Of a stretch of 63,878 bases of DNA, positions 37,218-47,370 are shown piece by piece. The stretch spans positions 16,651,168 through 16,715,045 of the forward strand of contig NC_068991.1 in assembly GCF_001194135.2 (NCBI RefSeq). The letters run 5' to 3'. This stretch comes from Octopus bimaculoides. Lineage: Eukaryota. Position 1 is the stretch's first letter; the number at the start of each line of letters is the position of its first letter. Made by a program: the position numbers and the translations under genes. The notes under the pieces are model-generated. The model ran no database searches, was not told the origin of the DNA, and was given only the letters and a program-made list of their open reading frames with translations.

Positions 37218-38079
37218 TCTATAGTGTGCATCTGCATGTTCTTTAGTGTATGTGTGCTGGATAGTATCTCTGTGCAATGTGAAGGACACTAGAGAGAGAC
37301 ATGGAGAAAGTTTTCTTTTAAAACTATAGGAGGGTGACCACCACCACCACCACCACCACCACTACCATCAGCATACAAAACGGTGGTGGGGGTAATGAAG
37401 TCAAGACTACAACTGCAAGTCATGGTGTTATTGATGGTAGAGGTAGTTGTTGTGGTGATGGCAGTGGTGATGGTGATGGTGATGGTGGTGGTGGTGGTGG
37501 TGGCAGTGGTGGTACTTGTAGGGCTATTATTAGTAAGTGTTGGCAATGGTAGTGGTGATGGTGGTGGTTGTAGTGGTGCTTCTTGTTATGCTACTGCCGG
37601 CAATACTGTTAATTGGTAGTAGGGTGGTGATGGTGTGGTGGTAGTGTGGTGGTGGTGGTGGTGGTGAAAGTGGTGGTGGTACTGCTGCTACTGCAGCTGG
37701 CAGCAGTATAAAATAAAGAAAGAAGTAAAAGACAAGAGAATACAAGTACTGCAATCTCAACAATTAAATGAGACATTTTAAAGAGAGAGTTAATCCCTGT
37801 TACTTTCAACAGAAACATGCAAGAAAAAGAGTAGCAGGAGGAGGTAATAATAACTGTTACTGATTTAGGTACAATGGCCAGCAATTCGGTGGGGAGGGGA
37901 TTTAGTCAATTACAGTGACCCCAGTATTTGACTGGTACTTTATTTCATTAGTACTTTATTTTATCAACCTTGGAGGAATGGCACATAAAATTGACCTCAG
38001 CAGGATTTGAACTCAGAACATAACGGGCAGGAATAAATTCTACAAAGCATTTTCTTCAGTACTAACAATTCTTCCGGGA

Positions 38080-38846
38080 CTAGATGCCTGAGTAATAAAA
38101 CAGGGCACTTTAGGCAAGGAATTAATCCTTTGCTACATTCCAGGGACCCTATATAGAGAAAGAGAAGTAATAAGTTTTAGAGGGACCACCTTTGGTTCTA
38201 TAATACAAATTCCCTGAGTAATAGATGCTTGAGTAATAAAACAGGGCACTTTGGGCAAGGAATTAATCCCTTGCTACATTCCAGGGACCCTATATAGAGA
38301 AAGAGAAGTAATAATNNNNNNNNNNNNNNNNNNNNNNNNNNNNNNNNNNNNNNNNNNNNNNNNNNNNNNNNNNNNNNNNNNNNNNNNNNNNNNNNNNNNN
38401 NNNNNNNNNNNNNNNNNNNNNNNNNNNNNNNNNNNNNNNNNNNNNNNNNNNNNNNNNNNNNNNNNNNNNNNNNNNNNNNNNNNNNNNNNNNNNNNNNNNN
38501 NNNNNNNNNNNNNNNNNNNNNNNNNNNNNNNNNNNNNNNNNNNNNNNNNNNNNNNNNNNNNNNNNGTAATAGATGCCTGAGTAATAAAACAGGGCACTTT
38601 GGGCAAGGAATTAATCCCTTGCTACATTCCAGGGACCCTATATAGAGAAAGAGAAGTAATAAGTTTTAGAGGGACCACCTTTGGTTCTATAATACAAATT
38701 CCTTGAGTAATAGATGCCTGAGTAATAAAACAGGGCACTTTGGGCAAGGAATTAATCCCTTGCTACATTCCAGGGACCCTATATAGAGAAAGAGAAGTAA
38801 TAATTTTTAGAAGGACCACCTTTGGTTCTATAATACAAATTCCCTG
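38080..38846. repeat. 141-bp tandem repeat (at least 4 units seen; gap inside)
   Basis: Unit motif TAGATGC.TGAGTAATAAAACAGGGCACTT recurs 141 bp apart on both sides of the gap (38081/38222 and 38570/38711); units nearly identical. Confidence 0.95.
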
Positions 38847-39049
38847 TTTGTGATTTAAGTTAAAGTCTTCATCAAAATTTCATTTTAATTTGTGTTCCAA
38901 ATACTAGCTTAATAATTACAAAGTTATTTTACTAAATTCTTCATTATTTTCAAGATTAATTGACAAAGTGTATTTCAACAGAAAAAGAGTAATAATAAGT
39001 GTTAAGCTGTAGACTGCCTCAGTAAAATCTTACCCCGCTTCTCAGTCAA

Positions 39050-39680
39050 TGCTGACCTCATTGAAAATCACACAGTAGATGTGTCACTTAGGAACACAAC
39101 CAATTCCACATTCTTCACACCAGAAAATGAAATGAACCAGTCACTCAGCCACAGCCCAAGGGGGAGCTTTAACAAAAGAACAAGACCACAACTGAAATAG
39201 TACTATTTTATAGACACCAAAGAACATGTTACCCAACCATCAAAATTGGAAGAAGAAGAAGAAAAACATGACCATTACAATTTCACCTACTGTGGCTCTG
39301 CATCTCTTTATAAAGATGGGGCTGAGTCAAATTTGGTAGGGTTATTTTATCCCTTAAATAAACCATCCAGCCTGATTTCTTTGGATGTGGTTTCACCAGA
39401 ATGTTTTGATAATGAAATGGAACATATCAAACTGAAAGACAATCTTTTGTTGCATTCATCAGAAACTGCAAAAGAGTTTGATTGTAACTGGAAGACAGGT
39501 GTGTAACAGACTATTCTGAATATCCTGTGGTAAAAGCATCTGCCTAAGCAAAGACTGAATAACAATCTTCATGCAAAGAGATTGTTGTGTGCACTTTGCA
39601 GGACTAATGGAGAGCTAAGCAAAGACTCATTAGTGATACACTCCAATGGGCACCTCATCATAGACATTCACTGATTCGAT
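39050..39680 (+). pseudogene. Highly decayed RTE/RTE-X LINE RT C-terminus
   Basis: Residual NFTYCGS (F.YLGS), LNILW.KH..KQRL, HFAG and ISDTLQWAPHH motifs, with many stops. Confidence 0.6.
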
Positions 39681-40419
39681 ATAACCACTGTAAAGTGGTT
39701 GGCATTAGGAAAGGCATTCAACAATAGAAACCATGCCAAATCAGACTGGAATCTAGTGCAGCTCTCTAGTTTGCCAACTCTGGTCTCTAGCTTGCCAACC
39801 CATGCCAGCATGGAAAACGGATGTTAAATGACAATAATGATGGCGATGATGAAGACGGCCACCTAGCATAAAAGACCTGCAATGCCCAGCTCAGTATGGA
39901 CATTATGCTATTGCCCTTCTGACTCCCAGAATGATAAGCAGACTCATGATGGACGGTGTGATTGGGTTAAGCAGATCCTAACTGAGCTCAACAAGATGAC
40001 ATGATGAATAGTAAAACTGGTTCTGCCTCAGTGACAAAATGGGATATTTTGAATTGAGGCAGCAAACTGGTAGAGTCTTTAAAACACTGGGTAGAATGCT
40101 CTGCAGTATTTGTTCTGAATCCATATACTCTAAGTTCAAATCCTGCCAAGATCAATTTTGCCTTTCATCTATTTTTCTTTTTTTTTTTTTGAAGTGAGGG
40201 AAGTTTTGTGCCTCCCATGATTTCAACATATACTGACTCAGGTGGTTACATGCTGTTTAACTCATAACTGGGACCTGACAAGTGTTACTACACTAGGTCA
40301 GAGTAGACCTGGAAACAACAGGGGATAAGAGGTGGGGTCCACACTTCTTGAAACATTGAAACTCCCAAACCAGGGATCCACTAGTGGATGCCATTTAAAG
40401 TCTAATTAACTTTTAAACA

Positions 40420-40600
40420 CTAGGCATGGCTGTGTGATAAGAAGCTTGCTTCCCAACCACTTGGTTTCAGGTTCAGTCCCACTGCATGGCACCTTGGGCA
40501 AATGTCTTTTACTATAAACTTGGGCCTACCAAAGCCTTGTGAATGAATTTGGTAGATGGAAACTGAAAGAAGCCCGTCGTATATGTGTGTGTGTATGTGG
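40420..40600 (+). mobile_element. SINE family B, 5' half
   Basis: GCATGGCTGTGTGATAAGAAGCTTGC...GGCACCTTGGGCAAATGTC...GGAAACTGAAAGAAGCCCGTCG. Confidence 0.85.
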
Positions 40601-41193
40601 GGGGGGGTTGTTAATACAGATAAAAAAGTAAATTTCAAATGCAGTATAGCCGTGAAAATTTTATGAAATGTTTGTGCTTGTACATTATATTTATTCATGC
40701 ATGCATAAATACATACATACATTAACTTTTATATATTAAGATTTCTCGTCGCAAATCAGGCCAAGCCACTACAATAACCACTATAATAATAATGATAATA
40801 ATAATTTAACAAAAACATCATATGTAGTACAGAAAACAATCACAATATATTTACACTCAGCAAAATCATAAAAATTTTATGAAGAGGAAAGCCTGAGTGA
40901 ATGAGAGAGTAAGAGAAACGAAACTATTCAAATTAATAATTTAGTCAAATTAATAATTTAGCTGTAACATAATCGTCAGTCAAACCTCTAAAGATTATAT
41001 TACAAAATGTTAACATAGAAAGTTATTATATTTATATAGTTATAACATTAGGAATGTCACGCAAAAGTCATAAAATGCCATATCCAATCCGTGTGTTGCA
41101 GGCTGTTCTTCATAAATCAAGATCAATCACTCATCTTCATCCAATACAAATGTTGTTATTTAACCCCAGGTCCAATTCTGATCAAGCAGACCC

Positions 41194-41422
41194 TTAACCC
41201 TTTCGTTACTATATTTATTTTGAGATGCTCTGCATTTTTTTCAATTACTTTAAATATAACAAAGAATTTAGTAAAATAACTTAGTTACCATTAAGCTAGT
41301 GTTAGGAACATAAATTGTGACTAAGGTTTGGTGGAAGATTTTAATTCAAAACTTATGAAAACAAGACATTTGTACCACAGAGCCAGAGGTGGCTTCATCC
41401 GAGTTGGTAACGAAAGGGTTAA
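41194..41422. mobile_element. TTAA-flanked MITE, second subfamily
   Basis: TTAA|CCCTTTCGTTAC...GTAACGAAAGGG|TTAA, perfect 12-bp TIR. Confidence 0.9.
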
Positions 41423-42051
41423 TCAAAAGTGTTCCGACCATGACCATCCCATCCTTTTCTTATGTACAGGGAGCCCAGGATCACACTATCCCACATGTTC
41501 TTTCTTAAATTGGTACGGTGTGATTTGAGGAGGATTTGGCAGCTATTTCTAGTAGGTTGAGTAACTGACTGCGTAGATGCTATCAAGTTGGTTTGATACG
41601 ACTGTAGCATTAGAAGCTCATGTAGGAGGGATAGTGAGACAGAGTGGTTGATAAGGCAAGGCTCAAGTGTTAAAAGTACTGATCTACAGGTCAGAGTGAA
41701 AGGGACGATAGTTCTAAACCCACTACTATCATAATCATCGTCAACAATATCATTATCAGTGAGTTCATTTATCCATTTCATATCTCTTTTCCCATGCGAG
41801 CATGGATTAGACAGGGACTTGTTTCAGTCAGTATTTTACCCCCACATGCCGATCCTGTTGCCATTCTTTGCCTGGTTTCTTATTCTATTCCACTAACCTT
41901 AGAAAGCACAAACGCTGTGATTGGTTATGTGTCTTTGTGTCTGTATTTGTCCGCAACCATCGCTTGACAACCAGTGTTGGTGAGTTTACATCCCCATAAC
42001 TTGGCAGTTTAGCAAAAGAAATTGATAGAATAAGCACTAGACTTATAAGTA

Positions 42052-42439
42052 GAGGCGCAATGGCCCAGTGGTTAGGGCAGCGGACTCGCGGTCATAGGAT
42101 TGCGGTTTCGATTCCCAGACCGGGCATTGTGAGTGTTTATTGAGCGAAAACACCTAAAGCTCCACGAGGCTCCGGCAGGAGATGGTGGCGAACCCTGCTG
42201 TACCCTTTCACCACAACTTTCTCTCACTCTTACTTCCTGTTTCTGTTGTGCCTGTATTTCAAAGGGGCCAGTTTTGTCACTCTGTGTCACGCTGAATATC
42301 CCCCGAGAACTACGTTAAGGGTACACGTGTCTGTGGAGTGCTCAGCCATTTGCACGTTAATTTCATGAGCAGGCTGTTCCATTGATCGGATCAACTGGAA
42401 CCCTCGACGTTGTAAGCGACGGAGTGCCAACAACAACAA
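42052..42439 (+). mobile_element. SINE family C, full length
   Basis: tRNA-like head GAGGCGCAATGGCCCAGTGGTTAGGGCAGCGGACTCGCGG...GTTTCGATTCC; tail ...GGAGTGCCAACAACAAC. Confidence 0.92.
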
Positions 42440-43019
42440 TTCACAAGCTAACAAAGAAATCTCTAAATGGTTCTTTACCCTGCTAGGAACATTAGCTAAA
42501 TCTCCCTCAAATTACACACCTTATGTCTTGAAATGGAAGAAAACATTTCATGATGCACTTCTTGATACGCTATGTTTGAAATAGATACCAGATTAACACA
42601 TCTGGACAGTCTTTGATCATAAGTTAACTCAATACCAGTGCTGACCTGGGACTAAACAACAAAAAGTACATATCCTCGCTCCAGGACCACACTGTTTCAA
42701 ATCTAATCTGTTGTCTGTTGAGGTTTGTTGGAATAGTAAACGATCTTCAGTTTTTCCACAAAGAAAGAGAAGTGGTGAGAGACTTGTGTCTAACAGAGAA
42801 GAGTAAGTAATAAAGTGAGAGAGAGTGTATGTGTGTGCCAGTATGAAGAGAGAATATGTACATGTCAGAGTGTTTTAGTGTGTATGTGTGTGAGAGAAAG
42901 ACAGATAGACAGACAGACAAGGTATTCATAGTTGCTTTTGTTAGAAAATCATGAGGCAGAAAAAGAGGGAAAAAAAACTAGAGACCAGAGAAATGAGCAA
43001 TGGTTTTTATCAGCATGTA

Positions 43020-43228
43020 TTAACCCTTTTAATATCAACCTGCCCAAAACCACCTTGGTTCTATGACAGAAGCTTCCTGTTTTAAACAGATCTAAATGAA
43101 AACTTTCCACCATTCAGACGCCAGCTTAATAAGAACAAAGTGATTTTACTATGTCCTACATTCTTTTCAAAATAGAATTGGAACAAACATGGTGTATTTC
43201 AATAGAAATATGTTAACAAAAGGGTTAA
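43020..43228. mobile_element. TTAA-flanked MITE
   Basis: TTAA|CCCTTTT...AAAAGGG|TTAA; body related to 41194-41422 and about 38810-39004. Confidence 0.75.
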
Positions 43229-43431
43229 AATACATAAATAGCTAATAAAATTCGTAATAACAAATGCACAAGGTTTCACCATTCAGTGGGGCAGGATTTC
43301 AATTACATGAATCCCAGGGTTTCATTTATACTTGATTTCAATCAACTCCAGAAGGATAAACAACAAAGCTGGTCTCAAGGATATTTGAACTCAGAATGCA
43401 AAGAGCTACAACTAAACACCTCAAAGCATTA

Positions 43432-43639
43432 CTCTTTTACTTGTTTCAGTCATTTGACTGCGGCCATGCTGGAGCACCGCCTTTAGTCGAGCAAATCAAC
43501 CCCAGGACTTATTCTTTGTAAGCCTAGTACTTATTCTATCGGTCTCTTTTGCCGAACCGCTAAGTTACGGGGACGTAAACACACCATCATCGGTTGTCAA
43601 GCGATGTTGGGGGGGACAAACACAGACACACAAACATAT

Positions 43640-43716
<77 letters not shown>

Positions 43717-43881
43717 TACGACGGGCTTCTTTCAGTTTCTGCCTACCAAATCCACTCACAAGGCTTCGGTCGGCCCGAGGCTATAGTTGAAGACACTTGC
43801 CCAAGGTGCCATGCAGTGGGAACGAACCCGGAACCATGTGGTTGGTAAGCAAGCTCCTTACCACACAGCCACTCCTGCGCC
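43432..43881 (-). mobile_element. SINE family B, full length, with long internal (TA)n
   Basis: Best-preserved copy: head GGCGCAGGAGTGGCTGTGTGGTAAG, GGCACCTTGGGCAAGTGTCTT core, tail GGCGGTGCTCCAGCATGGCCGCAGTCAAATGACTGAAACAAGTAAAAGAG. Confidence 0.92.
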
Positions 43882-43957
43882 TTTAGGTATAGAAACCTGA
43901 TGACTCTACAAATCCAATACCCTTGCCGATGCATTGTGGATGGATGTTTTCCAGCTT

Positions 43958-44182
43958 TTAACCCTTTAGCATTCTGATTACTTTAGGTGTAGCGCTTATT
44001 TATTCTTATTGTTTCAAATCAATCATGCATTATCTTGTAGCTTTGAGATTTCAGTGATGTGGCTGTTTATTTTCAGAATGGCATTGTAGGATAGATGGGA
44101 GAGGCTGAATCCAGTCAGCCTGAATAAAAACAGGTAAAATATTTTGGGACAGTTACGGCCAGTTTAAATGTCAAAGGGCTAA
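43958..44182. mobile_element. TTAA-flanked MITE
   Basis: TTAA|CCCTTTAGCATT...AAATGTCAAAGGG|CTAA; body matches 22978-23196. Confidence 0.8.
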
Positions 44183-44396
44183 TTTTCTTTTAAGAAAAGG
44201 TTTGGAAATTTGATATTGTAAAATAAGTTTATCTGCTCCAGCACAGGGTTAACTTCAAACTAAACAGCAATAAAGATTACAATTTCTTGCCTCATTAAAC
44301 AATTTAACACCATGACTGAGAGTAAAAAGATGGGATGGTAACACCTGGAACACCTTTGGTCTCTTAAATTCTCGTCAATCATGTTTCATCTCAGGT

Positions 44397-44432
<36 letters not shown>

Positions 44433-45625
44433 TATACCTTGTTATTTCTCCTGTTTCATTTAAATAAAGGATAGTGTAGAAATATAAATTCAGCCCCAGT
44501 ACTTGACAAACACTTCATTTTATCGATGGTTGAAAGGCAAGAACTGACCTCGGTGGCATTTGAACTCAGAACATAAAGGACCGAAACAAAACATCGCTGT
44601 GAATTTTGTCTGACACTCGAATGAATTTGCCAATTCATCGCCATATCTTAAACCATTAGGTTATATATATATATAGCTCCTTTTTACATTGTTTGGATTT
44701 CATATCAGAAACTTAAGGCCTATACACCAACTGAAAGGAAATCAATCTTATATAATGGTGTATGTGTCTGCTACTGTTGTTGTTGTTGGTGGTGGTGGGT
44801 GTTGGTTGTAGTCGTGTTTCTATTTCTTGTGTTTAAGTGTATAAAAGAAACTGCATGCAAACAGCAGACTAAGAAATGGGCATACATATACACACACACA
44901 CACACCACATGTATGGGTGGATAGAACAAACAGGAGAAATAGGAAAGTAGAACTCGATACACAAGAATATATACTTTATTATTATTATTATTATTATTAT
45001 TCATCGGCAGGATGTTACAAAAGTGACCCAAGGGAAAGAGTTTTGTGCATACACACACACACACACACACACAAAGGTACAGGCATAGCTGGGTGGTTAC
45101 AAGTTTGCTTCCCAACTGCATGGCTCTAGGTTTGATCTATAACCTCGGGCCAACCAAAGCCTAAGGAGTAGATTTGGTAGATGGAAACAGAAAGCCCCTC
45201 ATCATTTAACATTTGCTTTCCATGCTAGCATGGGTTAGCCAACTTGGATAGTTCTGGCGAGCTTGGGTGCTGCACCATGTTCCGGTCATATGCTTTGGCT
45301 TGGTTTCTATGGCTGGATGCCTGCCCTTCCTAAAACCAACCATTTTCTAAAGGGTATGGGGGTGCTTTTTACATGGTACCAGCACATGTATATATTTATG
45401 TATGCATGTCTTTGTGTTTGTCACCCAGCACTGCTTGACATGTGGTTTGGCAAAAGAGACTGGTAGAATAAGCACCAGATTTTTTTTTTTTAAGTGCTGG
45501 TGTCAATTTGTTCAACTAAACCCTTCAAAGTAGTGCCCAAACATGGCCACTGTCCAATGACTGAAACAGTCAAAAGATAAAAGATATCATCATCTGTTTT
45601 ATATATATATATATATATATATGTT

Positions 45626-45921
45626 GAGGCGCAATGGTTAGGGCAGCAGACTCGCGGTCGGAGGATCGTGGTTTCGATTCCCAGACTGGGCGTTGTGAGT
45701 GTTTATTGAGCAAAAACACCTAAAAGCTCCACGAGGCTCCGGCCGGGGTGTGGTGGCGACCCCTGTTGTACTCTTTCGCCCCAACTTTCTCTCACTCTTT
45801 CTTCCTGTTTCTTGAGTAACGCTGCAATGGACTGGCATCCTGCCCAGCTGGGGGGGAACACATACGCCATAGAAACCAGGAAACCGGGCCCATGAGCCTG
45901 GCTAGGCTTTAAAAGGGCAAC

Positions 45922-45923
<2 letters not shown>
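45626..45923 (+). mobile_element. SINE with family C head and body but a different 3' module
   Basis: Matches family C up to ...CTTCCTGTTTCT, then GAGTAACGCTGCAATGGACTGGCATCCTGCCCAG...AGAAACCAGGAAACCGGGCCCATGAGCC. Confidence 0.85.
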
Positions 45924-45962
<39 letters not shown>

Positions 45963-46071
45963 TTTAAGTGTAGGTATATGTATTTATGCATATTTATGTA
46001 TATCTATGTATATTTTCAAGTATGTATATATGTGTGTATTTATATTTATATCTTAACCTTATGTACTTTCT

Positions 46072-46201
46072 AAAATCTCTGACGAAGCCTAGAGAAACAC
46101 CCAAGTACCTCAATTTCATCTACTAATTACTTCAGTTCACTGGAGGGATAAAGGTAGAATGAGATATTATTGCCTCTTGGCTGAAACAGCTGTGAGATAT
46201 T
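46072..46201 (+). ncRNA. Minimal type-I hammerhead-ribozyme fold with long helix II (PLE pseudo-LTR), cleavage-site variant
   Basis: AAAATCT-CTGACGA-AGCCTAGAG...CTCTTGGCT-GAAAC-AGCT-GTG-AGATATT: helix I 46072-46078 with 46195-46201, helix II 46086-46182, palindromic AGCT loop; the base at the H17 position is G. Confidence 0.55.
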
Positions 46202-46424
46202 ATCCCAATTTCTATTGCTATATGTTATATTTTAATAATTACTGATATTTTATATATTATATACATAAGGCATAATATGTCATACATGTATGTATATTGT
46301 TATGATTGTCTTTTTAGTAAATAAATAAACTGACATAATATAATGTCTATAAGTTGATGAATACCACCTATTAACCCCCTCCATTTTCTTATTGCTCTCT
46401 CTCTATATATATATATATATATAT

Positions 46425-46617
46425 CAGAGGCATATATTCTGGGTATGTTAGGTGTGCGTTGCACACCCATGGAAAATGGCAAATTCATTATAAGCATTAA
46501 CCTTACTAATTAATTTAATCACAAATCTTAATGGAAAACTTTTGTTATAGCCTTGCTTGAAATTTGGTGGCATTGGGTGTGGTAGCACACCCAATACAAC
46601 AACCACCACATGCCATA
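46425..46617. mobile_element. Degenerate hAT-like MITE
   Basis: CAGAGGCATA start; imperfect subterminal inverted repeats (GGTGTGC..CACACCCA / TGGGTGTG..GCACACC). Confidence 0.4.
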
Positions 46618-46627
46618 TATTCTTCAG

Positions 46628-46699
46628 GATGATAGATACTCAGGAACATAGCCAGGCTGCTTACGATAAAGAACTCACACAACTGAGTGTCTGTCAGCT
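46628..46699 (+). CDS. Candidate 72-bp symmetric exon (MIDTQEHSQAAYDKELTQLSVCQ), gene unknown
   Basis: TATTCTTCAG| acceptor and |GTAAGT donor; one open frame, phase 2-2. No homology recognised. Confidence 0.25.
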
Positions 46700-46877
46700 G
46701 TAAGTCCAACAAAATAAATCACACCACAGATAGTTCCTGAAGAGCCTTGTAATGAAACAAAATATATTTTGTCACACTGCAGTTATAGATTAAACATGTG
46801 CACATGCACACACGGCATAACTATAGTTTGCTGCCCCACTGCCAAATTTTTCTCATAACTTTATTAATAATTGTTTC

Positions 46878-47150
46878 AGTAATTTTTCAGATTAACATCC
46901 ACACGATCTTCACTAGGGTGTTAGGGTTAGGGTTTTAGGGCTAGGGTAAGGGTTTTAGGGTTAGTTTTAAGGTTAGGGTTAGTGTTTAGGGTTACGGTTA
47001 CAGACGGAATTCCCTAACCCAAACCCTAAAACCCTAACCCTAACCCTAAAACTAACCTAAAAACCCTAACCCTGACCCTGACCCTAAAACCCTAACCCTG
47101 ACCCTAAAACCCTAGTGAAGATCGAGCAGGTGTTAATCTGAAAAACTACC
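46878..47150. mobile_element. Merlin-like MITE filled with head-to-head telomeric repeats, copy 1
   Basis: About 40-bp TIRs (AGTAATTTTTCAGATTAACA...CACTAGGG / CCCTAGTG...TGTTAATCTGAAAAACTACC); exact 8-bp TSD ATTGTTTC; interior TTAGGG variants, GACGGAATT core, CCCTAA variants. Confidence 0.85.
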
Positions 47151-47370
47151 ATTGTTTCTAAGCATCAGCAAGTCAATATCATCGATCCCATTATTTTACT
47201 GATGGAAAAGCAAAGTTGACCCTAGTTGAATCTGAACACCGGGTGTTAAGAGTTCAGAATAAATACAGAACAAGGATTTTTTTTTTTGGGGGGGGGGTCC
47301 ATAAAATTGTGCAATGATACATTTTCAAAGGTGCAGATGATTATTGTGTTGATGAATTCTTTTTTAATTT

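Noticed and set aside
38080-38846. CRISPR-like array
   Set aside because: Units repeat in full with no unique spacers, the sequence is eukaryotic, and no cas genes are present.
39246-39506. 86-aa ORF that looks protein-like
   Set aside because: Part of a decayed RTE-X reverse transcriptase, not a host gene.
42052-42130. tRNA-like sequence (Arg-like head)
   Set aside because: Continues directly into a SINE body with an (AAC)n tail and is multi-copy with TSDs; no acceptor-stem closure.
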